From positions 1 to 43,256 of the IMG/VR virus record IMGVR_UViG_3300032289_000612: a DNA stretch of 43,256 bases. The stretch is one strand, 5' to 3'. The number at the start of each line of letters is the position of its first letter. The stretch's first letter is position 1. This document shows positions 9,125 to 18,739 of the stretch, piece after piece. The position numbers and the translations under genes were made by a program. Source of the DNA: a virus (taxonomy: Duplodnaviria > Caudoviricetes). The notes under the pieces are model-generated. The model was not told where the DNA came from. It saw nothing but the letters and a program-made list of their open reading frames with translations, and searched no databases.

Positions 9125-12004
9125 TTATGCCTGTACTACTACTCTGTATGTTTCTCCTGAAACAGGAGCTACAGCAAATCCGATTGTTACAGCGGATGTA
9201 GTTATTCTTGTAATGTCTGTCTCAACCTTAGCACCTGTTGCAACTTCATAAACAGCAACTTGAATATCTAATGTATCAAGACCGTGTGTTATTGCAAATT
9301 CTGTTGCACTAAATGGGTTTGTTGGTGTAATAGTAGTTGCATACTTTCGTACAACAACTGCTGTATTAATTGCAACATCATCAGCATTTACTGTAATACC
9401 TGTTCCAGCGCCAACATTAAATGTTGTTCCAGATTGTGTAAGACCAGAACCTGCTGTAAATGCTCCAGCTCCTGAGAACTGTGTAAACGTTAATGCTGTT
9501 GTGCCTAATGTTATTGCATCATCTGTTGTAAGAACCCAGCCTGTGTTTCCATTTACTGTACCTTCTGATACAAATGTAAACATTCCTGCTGTAACTTCTG
9601 CACTTAGATTTGCATCTTCTGCACGATCTGGTGCTCCAGATGCCTTTACAACGTAGATACCATTTTCAGAACCAGTTGCTTGATTCTTAACAAGTACACG
9701 GTCACCAGTAACAAGAGTTACTCCGTCAAGAGTATCCCCGTTTTCAAGTGCTGAGGCTAATGTTACTGATTCAGTAGTTGCTAGACGAACTGATGCTTTA
9801 ACATCTAATCCACTTGCAGTTGCATCTACATAAGCCTTTGTTGCAATTGTTGTTGTATCAACTGTTAGTTCTCCGCCACCTGAAAGTGATAGACCTGAAC
9901 CAACGCTTAGGATTCCTGCATTAGTACCTTGAATACCCTGAGAACCTGTAGTTCCTTGAGCACCAGTAGTTCCCTGAGAACCAGTGTTACCAGTTGTTCC
10001 CTGAGATCCTGTTGTTCCTTGTGTTCCAGTAGTTCCTGTTGCACCTTGTGCACCAGTATCTCCTACTGCTCCTTGTGCACCTGTAGAACCAATTTCTCCT
10101 TGGCTTCCAGTTATACCTTGGGCTCCTGTAGAACCCTGAGCACCTGTTGTACCCTGAGAACCTGTTGTACCCTGCGTACCAGTTGTACCAGTAGTTCCCT
10201 GTGACCCAATGGCACCCTGTGTACCAGTAGTACCTTGTGCTCCAGTAGATCCTTGAGCACCAGTTTCGCCTTGTGCACCAGTTGTACCTTGAGTACCTGT
10301 TGTGCCTTGTGCTCCAGTTTCGCCTTGTGCTCCAGTTGTACCCTGAACACCAGCGATACCAACAGCACCAGCAAGATTTACTGACCATGTTGTGTGAGCG
10401 CCTGAACCAATGTGACGGGTCTTGTCAAAGCTAAGTACACCAGTACCAGAGTTGTAGCTTGATACACGAGCATATTGAATGTTATCCACATCGTAAGCAA
10501 GGGTGATGTCTTGACCAACTGTATAGTCAACCGCTGTATCAGATACTGTTACTGAACCAGTGCCATTGTTAGAAAGTGTTACTGAACCAGTTGCAGAAGT
10601 TGAATACTTGTCTCCAGCTAAACCATCAGTTCCTTGAGCACCAGTAGTTCCCTGAGAACCTACTGCACCTTGTGTTCCAGTTGTACCTTGTGAACCAGTT
10701 GTACCTTGTGCACCGACTTCTCCCTGAGTTCCAGTAGTTCCCTGTGACCCAATGGCACCCTGTGTACCAGTAGTACCTTGTGCTCCAGTAGATCCTTGAG
10801 CACCAGTTTCGCCTTGTGCACCAGTTGTACCTTGAGTACCTGTTGTTCCAGTATTACCTTGTGCTCCCTGTGAACCAGTTGTACCTTGGCTTCCAGTGGA
10901 ACCAATAGCACCTTGTAAGCCAACTTCTCCTTGTGCGCCAGTAGATCCTTGAGCACCAGTTGTTCCCTGAGAGCCAGTGTTACCAACAGCTCCTTGTGCA
11001 CCTGTTGTTCCCTGGGCTCCTACATCACCAGTTCTAGCAAAAGTTATAAGTACAGGATCTGCTTCTCCAAATGATCCTGAACCACTGAGGTATGTAACAT
11101 CAATATTGAAATAAGTGGCTTGATCAACCATCGAGTTAATTACATACATCGCAAATACTGAAGGGTTAGACTTCTTTGAGATCTTTACGTGACCCTTAAT
11201 AGGGGATGTAGAGTCATCAATAGTTGCTAAATATGAAGAGATGTTTGTTGTATTTACATCTTCATCATCAATTAATAGTTTTGTTGCAGATGCAAGTGTG
11301 TTGTTAAATCTAACAATACCTGACCCTGGGTCTGCAATAGACGTGTCAGTGTAATAAGCATACTCAACTGTTACACCGCCAAATGAACCTTCGGCTCCTT
11401 GTATACCAGTTTCACCTTGTGTACCAGTGGTACCTTGTGATCCAGTAGTTCCTTGTGAGCCTGTTGTTCCTTGTGTTCCTGTTGTTCCTTGAGAACCAAT
11501 TGTGCCTTGTGTACCTTGTGTACCAGTAGCACCCTGAGAGCCTACAGCACCTTGTGTACCAGTGGTACCTTGTGCACCAGTAGTACCCTGTGCACCATCA
11601 GAACCAACGTATCCGTCTGTACCTTGAGCACCAGTTTCGCCTTGTGCACCAGTTGTACCTTGAGTACCTGTTGTGCCCTGTGAACCAATAGCGCCTTGTG
11701 TACCTGTTGTGCCCTGTGAACCAGTTTCGCCTTGTGTTCCAGTAGTTCCTTGTGCGCCTGTTGTTCCTTGTGACCCAGTTGTACCTGTTGTTCCTTGAGA
11801 TCCTGTTGTACCAGTAGCACCTTGTGCACCTGTGCTGGTATTAATCCAAGCGGTACCATTCCATGATCGTAAAAACCCTAAAACTGTGTCAAAGTAAATC
11901 TGTCCAACGACTGGTGAAGCTGGGGCCGTTGATAAATTTTGAATTCTTGCATTTAATAGCTCATTTTTATTGAGATCTATTCCTACCATATACTTTCTTG
12001 CCAT
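9125..12004 (-). CDS. Collagen-like tail fibre protein
   Basis: 959 aa; three long G-x-Q-G-T-T blocks separated by globular domains; C-terminal 'GDRVLVKNQ...ENGIYVV' tail-fibre domain. Confidence 0.85.
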   Translation of the reverse strand: MARKYMVGIDLNKNELLNARIQNLSTAPASPVVGQIYFDTVLGFLRSWNGTAWINTSTGAQGATGTTGSQGTTGTTGSQGTTGAQGTTGTQGETGSQGTTGTQGAIGSQGTTGTQGTTGAQGETGAQGTDGYVGSDGAQGTTGAQGTTGTQGAVGSQGATGTQGTQGTIGSQGTTGTQGTTGSQGTTGSQGTTGTQGETGIQGAEGSFGGVTVEYAYYTDTSIADPGSGIVRFNNTLASATKLLIDDEDVNTTNISSYLATIDDSTSPIKGHVKISKKSNPSVFAMYVINSMVDQATYFNIDVTYLSGSGSFGEADPVLITFARTGDVGAQGTTGAQGAVGNTGSQGTTGAQGSTGAQGEVGLQGAIGSTGSQGTTGSQGAQGNTGTTGTQGTTGAQGETGAQGSTGAQGTTGTQGAIGSQGTTGTQGEVGAQGTTGSQGTTGTQGAVGSQGTTGAQGTDGLAGDKYSTSATGSVTLSNNGTGSVTVSDTAVDYTVGQDITLAYDVDNIQYARVSSYNSGTGVLSFDKTRHIGSGAHTTWSVNLAGAVGIAGVQGTTGAQGETGAQGTTGTQGTTGAQGETGAQGSTGAQGTTGTQGAIGSQGTTGTTGTQGTTGSQGTTGAQGSTGAQGITGSQGEIGSTGAQGAVGDTGAQGATGTTGTQGTTGSQGTTGNTGSQGTTGAQGTTGSQGIQGTNAGILSVGSGLSLSGGGELTVDTTTIATKAYVDATASGLDVKASVRLATTESVTLASALENGDTLDGVTLVTGDRVLVKNQATGSENGIYVVKASGAPDRAEDANLSAEVTAGMFTFVSEGTVNGNTGWVLTTDDAITLGTTALTFTQFSGAGAFTAGSGLTQSGTTFNVGAGTGITVNADDVAINTAVVVRKYATTITPTNPFSATEFAITHGLDTLDIQVAVYEVATGAKVETDITRITTSAVTIGFAVAPVSGETYRVVVQA

Positions 12005-12016
12005 CTTTTTATCTCC

Positions 12017-12472
12017 TTAAGACAGGTACGCTGTCCCTGAAAATGGTTGAGCCATTGTCAGCGTTATTTGGTTAATACTATTATAATCTATTCCTGTTTC
12101 CAATACATTTCCTGCACTATCCTTAATTGTTACGTTAGGATAGAAACCTAAATTGTGTGCTATTACTTTTGAATAAACGCCATCTACTGGACCTGTTACT
12201 GATCCGATTTCCCATGTTACATAATATGCATAAGTTCCAGCAGCAGCAGCACCTAAAGTAACTGTCTGTGCGCCAACCCATGTTGTGTTAGATAATTTTG
12301 GACCATAAAATATTTTTGATACTGTATCATAATAATAATCATCTTGTAGTCCAAGGTTATTCGCTGGAGCCCCAGATCCATTTAATATTGTTCTTCCTCT
12401 TAGACCTTGTGGGCCAGGAACTGTTACTGTAACTTGATTCTTAGAAGATATCGATGTTACTAAATCTACCAT
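12017..12472 (-). CDS. Tail/baseplate-associated protein
   Basis: 151 aa, GPQG collagen stub and an HNLG motif shared with the fibre C-terminus. Confidence 0.55.
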   Translation of the reverse strand: MVDLVTSISSKNQVTVTVPGPQGLRGRTILNGSGAPANNLGLQDDYYYDTVSKIFYGPKLSNTTWVGAQTVTLGAAAAGTYAYYVTWEIGSVTGPVDGVYSKVIAHNLGFYPNVTIKDSAGNVLETGIDYNSINQITLTMAQPFSGTAYLS

Positions 12473-12819
12473 TATATTGTCACCGACCTTGATAATGTCA
12501 TAAATCCTTCAAGTATTTTTACTTTGTTCAGATTAGAATCTGTAAGCATGATATCGTATGAGGATTTTGGAAAAAACAATTTATTTGTTTGGGTAGGGGT
12601 CATTCTAATTGTTAACTGGCCATTAGTAGGATCAATCGTTATTCCACCATTTGGTGATGTAAGTGTAAATGCTAATTTGCTTCCGCCTTTTGTATCACGG
12701 ACCTGCATTTTAGCTGATGCACCAGTAAGATCTATGGCAACGCCATCTGGATCTTTGTAATCAACGATAAATGAGAAAGTAGCATTTTGATCTACTTCCC
12801 AATTCTTTTGTCCTGCCAT
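12472..12819 (-). CDS. Baseplate/tail Ig-like protein
   Basis: 115 aa, 'DLTGASAKMQVR...YDIML' pattern common in phage tail modules. Confidence 0.55.
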   Translation of the reverse strand: MAGQKNWEVDQNATFSFIVDYKDPDGVAIDLTGASAKMQVRDTKGGSKLAFTLTSPNGGITIDPTNGQLTIRMTPTQTNKLFFPKSSYDIMLTDSNLNKVKILEGFMTLSRSVTI

Positions 12820-12844
12820 TTGCTAGTACTCCTAAATAGGAAAA

Positions 12845-12870
12845 CTCCTATGCTTATTTTAGCATAGGAG
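12845..12870 (-). promoter_or_regulatory. Inverted repeat enclosing an extended -10 (TGcTAAAAT) upstream of the tail operon; may double as terminator
   Basis: CTCCTATGCT-N6-AGCATAGGAG. Confidence 0.5.
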
Positions 12871-12900
12871 CAATCCTAATCGTATATTAAATTGTTGTAA

Positions 12901-13128
12901 TTACTTGGCTGACTTAAAGCCAAATTCTTTGTTGCTTGGGCTAAGAGCCTTCAAAATTACTGGAGCAATAGCGGCAACGCCACCCATTAACAAATCCTTT
13001 GGATTCGTATTTCCAGTCATGTACAAAGCAATTGCTGCTGAAAGAAATGCTCGTGCATATGTTCCTAGCGCTGCTAAAATTTCCTCTGTCATTGTAACCT
13101 TTCCGTCCTTGTTTAGATCTCTGTTCAT
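12901..13128 (-). CDS. Small membrane protein, holin-like
   Basis: 75 aa, two hydrophobic helices. Confidence 0.5.
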   Translation of the reverse strand: MNRDLNKDGKVTMTEEILAALGTYARAFLSAAIALYMTGNTNPKDLLMGGVAAIAPVILKALSPSNKEFGFKSAK

Positions 13129-13140
13129 TTGATCATCTCC

Positions 13141-13166
13141 AATTTTGGGCGCTGTGCCCAGAATTT
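13141..13166 (-). terminator. Hairpin downstream of nrdJ
   Basis: AATTTTGGGCGC-T-GTGCCCAGAATT inverted repeat. Confidence 0.45.
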
Positions 13167-13200
13167 TGAGGGTATATCCCCCAATACTATTATTCTACCA

Positions 13201-15135
13201 TTAAGCTGAAATATCTACAATCTCGCAGTTTCCGTCAGAAGTACAGGCTAGCGTTTGTGTTCCGCTAGTCCCGTCCTCTGTCTCGTAGAAAGATAAATCT
13301 TCCCAACGAATACTCTTAGGCATTTTTGCCAATAAGTCCAGATACTCTTCTTTTGTTACTTCTTGATAAGGTGCTTGCTTATATGAATGATCTGAATGCG
13401 GCAAGAATGAAATTCCAGACACTTCGTCAAAATGCTTGTATACCCAAGCCCCAACTTCCATCCATTCATCTTCTTTTACAGATACAGTAATTGATGGTTT
13501 GTGTTCACACCATGCACGTTGATATACAAGCCATGTATTTAAATGATCCAATGCTGTTAAATCATTTCTTACAATTGCACCTTCTGGTGCTTTAACTGGA
13601 AATGAAAATACATATGTGTCGTTTGGCTTCATCACATCATCTTCTACAGGAATTCCGACTTCCTTTAGGAATGTTGAAATAGGATCTTTCTTGTCCCCAC
13701 GAACTGTTCTAATATAATAATCAGAATGCCATGGATGCATTCCTGAAGATACTCCAACAAGCTGCGACACAGTTCCAGAAGGTTTTACACATGTAATTGC
13801 AGCAGATTCTTGAATACCAATATTTGCTGCTTCTTCTGAATTAGTTGTTCTTGCATATTCACGAAGACCAACTAAAACATCTTCCAACTTCTTAAGATTT
13901 TCTTTACCAGAAAAGAATTTGTGTCCAAATTGTCCTGTTAGTGAAACTCCTAATAAGCGTTCTTCTTCTGTATTGTCTTTCCAGATTTTACGTAGGTATT
14001 TAAAATCTGTTAATGTTGATTGCCATGTACCAAGAATTGTTGCAAGACGTACTTTATTTGCAACATCTTCAACTGTGTCTTTTTCACGTAATACGACTTC
14101 TGAAAGATTACAAAACTGATAAGGACGTAAAATAATCTCGGAACATGGGTTTGTTCCGTAATGTATTTCTGGATCTCTGCGTCCATACTTTGCCGCTTGC
14201 TTTTGCGCTGCTGCCACATTATAAATTCCACGTTCGCCTGACTTTGAGTCATATAAAGATTTCCATTCTGCAATAAATTGCTCCATCTCTGGCTTGCGTG
14301 AATAGGCAACAGAGTTATTTGATAGGGCACGCTGTGAGTTATTTTCCCACCAGTTACCTGATTTGGCTTGAGCCATTTCAATATCATTAATATTTGAAAG
14401 AGAAATCATTGCTGAGCGTCTAACTCCACCAACAACAACGATCTCACCAATTTTGCACATCATGTCATGAGCTTCGATTGGCTTAAATTGTCTACCTGCT
14501 GCTGATTTAAATTTTGCAATTGTAAAATCAAATAAGTTAATAAGTGGCTGTGGTCCAGATGATCGACCACCCATTGTCTTAAGTCTTGCACCTGCGGGAC
14601 GCAACTTGCTAACGTCAATTGCTGGAACTTGTCCAGACCATAGCAATGCAAGAAGTTCACGATATGCTTTTGCCCAACCTTGTTTTGAATCTTCTACAGT
14701 AATAACAGTTGTAGACTTTTCAAATGTTTCGGGGACAGAAGGAAGTTTATTAACATACTTATACTCAACAGAGAATCCTACTCCCGTTCCACACATAAGA
14801 ATATACATAGTCTCGTCAAATGATCTTGGTGAATCAACTGGAACAAATGAGCAGTTGTATCCTGCAACATGATCTCTATCTAATGCAGCTCCTGCAGTCA
14901 TTACTGATCGCATTGATGGCATAACATCTCTGTTAAACACAGCTGTCTTAAGTTCTTCAACTATCTTTTTATTTGGAAAATACTTATGTTCTTTCTCAAG
15001 GTGTGCGAGCATGAAGTCAAAATATCGATCTACTGTTTCTCCCCATGTTTCTCTGCGATTTTCTTCAGGCATCCATCTTGCATAGCGAGATAAAGCAATA
15101 AAGTTTTCATACGGATTTTCAATAGTTTTTGACAT
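13201..15135 (-). CDS. nrdJ: Adenosylcobalamin-dependent (class II) ribonucleoside-triphosphate reductase
   Basis: 644 aa; YNCS, GGVRRSA, GTNPCSEI (catalytic NxCxE), TCVKPSGTVS and C-terminal CTSDGNC redox pair. Confidence 0.93.
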   Translation of the reverse strand: MSKTIENPYENFIALSRYARWMPEENRRETWGETVDRYFDFMLAHLEKEHKYFPNKKIVEELKTAVFNRDVMPSMRSVMTAGAALDRDHVAGYNCSFVPVDSPRSFDETMYILMCGTGVGFSVEYKYVNKLPSVPETFEKSTTVITVEDSKQGWAKAYRELLALLWSGQVPAIDVSKLRPAGARLKTMGGRSSGPQPLINLFDFTIAKFKSAAGRQFKPIEAHDMMCKIGEIVVVGGVRRSAMISLSNINDIEMAQAKSGNWWENNSQRALSNNSVAYSRKPEMEQFIAEWKSLYDSKSGERGIYNVAAAQKQAAKYGRRDPEIHYGTNPCSEIILRPYQFCNLSEVVLREKDTVEDVANKVRLATILGTWQSTLTDFKYLRKIWKDNTEEERLLGVSLTGQFGHKFFSGKENLKKLEDVLVGLREYARTTNSEEAANIGIQESAAITCVKPSGTVSQLVGVSSGMHPWHSDYYIRTVRGDKKDPISTFLKEVGIPVEDDVMKPNDTYVFSFPVKAPEGAIVRNDLTALDHLNTWLVYQRAWCEHKPSITVSVKEDEWMEVGAWVYKHFDEVSGISFLPHSDHSYKQAPYQEVTKEEYLDLLAKMPKSIRWEDLSFYETEDGTSGTQTLACTSDGNCEIVDISA

Positions 15136-15224
15136 TTTTTAGTGACACCTTTTCTTCCGCCTAACGGATTAATAATTTTTAATGATGTCTAAGTGTATCA
15201 AACTTTGTTTTAGCGGGGAAGAGG

Positions 15225-16217
15225 TTATGAAAACTTTTTAAAAATGTGTTCAAAAGCTTTATTAGTCAACCGATCCCAATTATACTCTTCATGTATCTTA
15301 GTCGACTGAGCAAAGTAATAGCCTGCATAAGCATTAAAGTTAATTGAAACGTCTCTTATAAGTTCAAGTAGGTGTTTATACTCTGGTTCAAAAACTTTAC
15401 CATTATGAAATGGCCATGGAGAATCTATCATTTCAGATTTTAATCTTAATGGACCTAAAAATTTATCATACTGTGCCCAACTTTCTGTACAAATGACGGG
15501 CATGCCAGTAGCTAAAGCTTGTAATGGAATAAATCCAAATCCTTCTCCATAACTAGGATAAATTAAAACATCATGATCATGATATAGCTTTACTAATTCT
15601 TCATCTGACATTGATTCTGTAATTACTGTAATATTATTATAAAGTTCATTTGGAATACCAATAATATTTTTCTCTATGTAGTTATTATATATACGTGTAG
15701 TACTAGGTCCATATGATTTTATTGTTAAAGAATAAAAAGGATTGTTTCCAAACATTGAGGTGAATGCATCTACTACCATCTGCCCGCCTTTTCTAGGCGC
15801 TGGTTCTCCTACATGTAAAAATTTTATTGGTCTTCCATGTTCTAAATTTCTTTTTTTGGGTCTCCATATTGGATCTATTCCATGAGGAAAAACTTTAACA
15901 TCTTTAAATCCATTATTTTCAAATACGTCTTTACACCAATCTGAAGTTGTCCATATCTCATCACATGCTTCTAAATACTCAAACCAATCTTTTGGGATAA
16001 CAGTAGATTCCCATGGAGTATAACTAATTTGATATTGATTTCTATGCAGCTTATAATAAACAGGCTGAGAAAAATTTAATTGTACTTTAGCTCGTGCATC
16101 TTGAAAAGGAACATTATGTCCTAATCTTTTTAATGAATCTATAATTTTTGAAGATGCATGACCATAACCATTAGAGGTTTTTAAATTAATAATGGGTGTT
16201 GAAAATGAAATATCCAT
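15225..16217 (-). CDS. Glycosyltransferase, GT4/group 1
   Basis: RKGG and 'PSYGEGFGFIPLQALATGMPVI' GT-B motif. Confidence 0.88.
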   Translation of the reverse strand: MDISFSTPIINLKTSNGYGHASSKIIDSLKRLGHNVPFQDARAKVQLNFSQPVYYKLHRNQYQISYTPWESTVIPKDWFEYLEACDEIWTTSDWCKDVFENNGFKDVKVFPHGIDPIWRPKKRNLEHGRPIKFLHVGEPAPRKGGQMVVDAFTSMFGNNPFYSLTIKSYGPSTTRIYNNYIEKNIIGIPNELYNNITVITESMSDEELVKLYHDHDVLIYPSYGEGFGFIPLQALATGMPVICTESWAQYDKFLGPLRLKSEMIDSPWPFHNGKVFEPEYKHLLELIRDVSINFNAYAGYYFAQSTKIHEEYNWDRLTNKAFEHIFKKFS

Positions 16218-16296
16218 AATAACTTTCTGGTCAACTGACTTGACAGTAACTTACTGACAATGTTAAGATTATAGTTCGTTATCTCTAAAGGAGGAA

Positions 16297-16854
16297 ATGC
16301 CAATGGAGAATATAAAACAAAAGTTGAGCGATTTTGCTCATAGTACTACTGTAATAGTAATGATAACATTATTTTTATTTACAAACAACACTGTGATCAC
16401 CGCTCAAGCTTTAAAAGTACAACCAAAGACAGAAGTACAACTTAAGCAAGAAACCTTAGAGAAGTACAGCAATACTGTTTACAAGCCTTCGGAAAAGCTT
16501 TCAGACATTGAATTGAAAGAACTACTGGCAGCAGTAGGTTTTGAAGGAAAAGCCCTTAGAACGGCTTGGGCCATTGCAAAGACGGAGTCCAGTGGACGCC
16601 CTCTAGCTTATAATGGTAACAGGAAAACTGGAGACAGTTCCTATGGAATTTTTCAGATCAACATGTTGGGAAACCTAGGTGTTGCTCGTAAAGAAAAATT
16701 TGACCTGAGATCAAATATTCTATTATTTGACCCAGTAATAAACGCAGAGATAACGTATTATATGACCAATGGCGGAACTAATTGGTCGGCTTGGAAGGGT
16801 TTAACCCAAAGAGCTAAGGAATTTTATTTAAAGTTCCCAACTACTCAGAAGTAG
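16297..16854 (+). CDS. Membrane-anchored lytic transglycosylase (SLT-like)
   Basis: N-terminal TM; catalytic 'AKTESSG' and 'YGIFQIN', 'WSAW'; TTGACA promoter and GGAGG SD upstream. Confidence 0.85.
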   Translation: MPMENIKQKLSDFAHSTTVIVMITLFLFTNNTVITAQALKVQPKTEVQLKQETLEKYSNTVYKPSEKLSDIELKELLAAVGFEGKALRTAWAIAKTESSGRPLAYNGNRKTGDSSYGIFQINMLGNLGVARKEKFDLRSNILLFDPVINAEITYYMTNGGTNWSAWKGLTQRAKEFYLKFPTTQK

Positions 16855-16860
16855 GAGAAA

Positions 16861-17076
16861 ATGCGTAGGATACAGCAAGTATCTCAATACATAGCACTTT
16901 CTGAAGAAGGCCTTGTTCCTAGACTGGTTTGCCCACTAGATCAAGGCTTTCTTCTTCCTAACCAATCAATAGATGATGAAGTATACTTATACTGCCTATC
17001 CTGTGAATATAAAAAGTTTATAGGGTTTGGTTTTTATGACGATATTATAAAGACTATGGAAAAGGTTAAAAAATGA
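16861..17076 (+). CDS. Hypothetical Zn-ribbon protein
   Basis: CPLD...CLSC; GGAG SD. Confidence 0.6.
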   Translation: MRRIQQVSQYIALSEEGLVPRLVCPLDQGFLLPNQSIDDEVYLYCLSCEYKKFIGFGFYDDIIKTMEKVKK

Positions 17077-17180
17077 CATGTGACAAAGATTGCCAGTGTG
17101 AAAGTACCCCTATTATTCCTATTGATAGTATGGGGCGGGAAAAATTTTGGGAAGACTTAGGTAGACCAGATGACAAATGA
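17073..17180 (+). CDS. Hypothetical 35-aa protein
   Basis: Manual translation MTCDKDCQCE...; ATGA overlap with the upstream gene. Confidence 0.45.
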   Translation: MTCDKDCQCESTPIIPIDSMGREKFWEDLGRPDDK

Positions 17181-17391
17181 ACCAACATCTTCAGATTTAG
17201 AAGATAACTTACCAATGGTTAACTATATTATGCTACACCGTATATATGACCTTTTAACAATTATTGCAAACAAACTAGTTGGACCAGAAGATACATCCAA
17301 GATGGTTTCATATCATGAGGATGGATACCTTCTTGGGCCTGCCCCTTCATATTCTGCTGTAGATGAAGATGGCCAACAAACTTTATTTTAA
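17170..17391 (+). CDS. Hypothetical protein
   Basis: 73 aa ORF in operon. Confidence 0.65.
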   Translation: MTNEPTSSDLEDNLPMVNYIMLHRIYDLLTIIANKLVGPEDTSKMVSYHEDGYLLGPAPSYSAVDEDGQQTLF

Positions 17392-17397
17392 AAACAG

Positions 17398-17426
17398 TTG
17401 ACTTAGAATAAAAGCTATTTTACAAT
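17398..17426 (+). promoter_or_regulatory. Sigma70/SigA-type promoter with no downstream ORF
   Basis: TTGACT-N17-TACAAT. Confidence 0.65.
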
Positions 17427-17431
17427 TAAAC

Positions 17432-17525
17432 TGTACGTAGTTGTAGCATCCCACATGTTCCTGCGTACATATATCGCAAGATATAAAGAACCCAATCGGA
17501 TCCGCCTCTGATTGGGTTTCTTGTT
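17432..17525 (+). ncRNA. Candidate ~90-nt sRNA
   Basis: Own promoter; stem TGTACGTAG/CTGCGTACA, GCAA-tetraloop hairpin TATATC-GCAA-GATATA, terminator hairpin CCCAATC/GATTGGG followed by a T-rich tail. Confidence 0.6.
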
Positions 17526-17562
17526 ATATATGCATAAAATATAGTACATATCGGTCATATAG

Positions 17563-17598
17563 TGCAATTAGTGCGAAAAAAGTGCTTCGGCGAGAAGA
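17563..17598 (+). repeat. Left copy of imperfect inverted repeat (partner 30110-30146)
   Basis: GCAATTAGTG..CGAAAAAAGTGC..CGGCG.AGAAGA. Confidence 0.6.
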
Positions 17599-17745
17599 GA
17601 CCATATTTTCAACATCTTAGCTATTTGCTGGAATACCCCATAAAAATACCCTGAGAGGGGTTTAAGGCCCTAACAGGGTAATTCTGTACCTTCGGTACTA
17701 ATGCCCCTTTAAAAGGGCGGGAGATAAAAAGTTATCCCTTTTCTA

Positions 17746-17940
17746 TTAGCTAGCGCTTCCATTATATAAAGCAACAGAATCCATTAAAGTAACTTCTCTA
17801 TTTGTAACATAGCCACCAGATTTTTCTAATTGTTCCAAAGCTGTTGGTTCATCCTTAGCAAGGACTTGAATTAACATCTCTACCTTATATGTGTAGCAAG
17901 TGGTGTTTTCTGCTTCTTTTCCCGCTTTTTTTGTAGCCAT
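17746..17940 (-). CDS. Hypothetical protein
   Basis: 64 aa, purine-rich upstream. Confidence 0.65.
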   Translation of the reverse strand: MATKKAGKEAENTTCYTYKVEMLIQVLAKDEPTALEQLEKSGGYVTNREVTLMDSVALYNGSAS

Positions 17941-18456
17941 TGTTTTACTTCTCTCTATTATTCTAGTTGACTAAGATTTTAGTCTTATATAATGTTAATA
18001 TAATATTTTTTTTAATAATGATACTTCCAGATTTTTTGCATACAAACCCTATACCCTTAAATAACTTTTTAAGGTACCCCGAAATTGTCAAGTTATAAAT
18101 TCGCAATTCATCGGTTAAAGCTGTTGCCTTTATCTGAAAGAAATTATACACTTCCGTCATCATGCACTTGGAGTTTAAACCCTTGATGTGATCTCCTAAA
18201 ACTGTCCAAGGTTATTATGATAGCATTACAAAATTTATTAGGTCAAGAGTTATGAAAACTTTTATTTCCCGCCCTATGTTTTGGTCAACTAGGAATCATA
18301 TTTCATAAAATGTTAATAGAGTTTTAATTTGTATGATACACACTATAGAAATGTCCGTTTTGTCTGTATAGTGCCCCCATATGTGACCCTTATCACCTAC
18401 TTTTTTTCGATTTCTTTTGTAAATGTCCGAATTGTACCTAATGGGGGGTTGCAATT

Positions 18457-18478
18457 TGTCAGACCCCCCCTGTAGAGT
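18457..18478 (+). promoter_or_regulatory. Early promoter, TGTCAG-N10-TAGAGT
   Basis: Copy 1 of 13; followed by an A-rich leader and GAAAGGAG SD. Confidence 0.75.
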
Positions 18479-18524
18479 AAAGTTATAGAAAGTAAGAAAC
18501 ACTTACTAAAGAAAGGAGTTCTAA

Positions 18525-18662
18525 ATGAACTCAATACATGAGAATAGAAACTCTCTAGAAAGCAGAGAGCAACTCTTAGCACGACTAGGAGACGCTATCT
18601 GTTCAGAGTGTGGATGGCTATCTATCCACAAAGATGTGTGTTCTAAATCACACGCTAACTAA
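18525..18662 (+). CDS. Early microprotein (45 aa, CSEC...H...C)
   Basis: Manual translation; strong SD. Confidence 0.7.
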   Translation: MNSIHENRNSLESREQLLARLGDAICSECGWLSIHKDVCSKSHAN

Positions 18663-18680
18663 TAGCGTATCTCCCCAATT

Positions 18681-18702
18681 TGTCAGACCTATACCCTAGT
18701 AT
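18681..18702 (+). promoter_or_regulatory. Early promoter, TGTCAG-N10-TAGTAT
   Basis: Copy 2 of 13. Confidence 0.75.
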
Positions 18703-18739
18703 TATCACCATAAGAAACTAACAGAAAGAAGAACAGTAA

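Noticed and set aside
178-11859. Long + strand and alternate-frame ORFs (e.g. 178-477, 2548-2925, 7321-8607, 10660-11001)
   Set aside because: Antisense or frame shadows of Gly/Thr-rich and collagen genes; no RBS, low-complexity translations
15136-15224. Cobalamin riboswitch or NrdR box upstream of nrdJ
   Set aside because: Gap is only ~90 nt; no B12 box or NrdR palindrome recognisable
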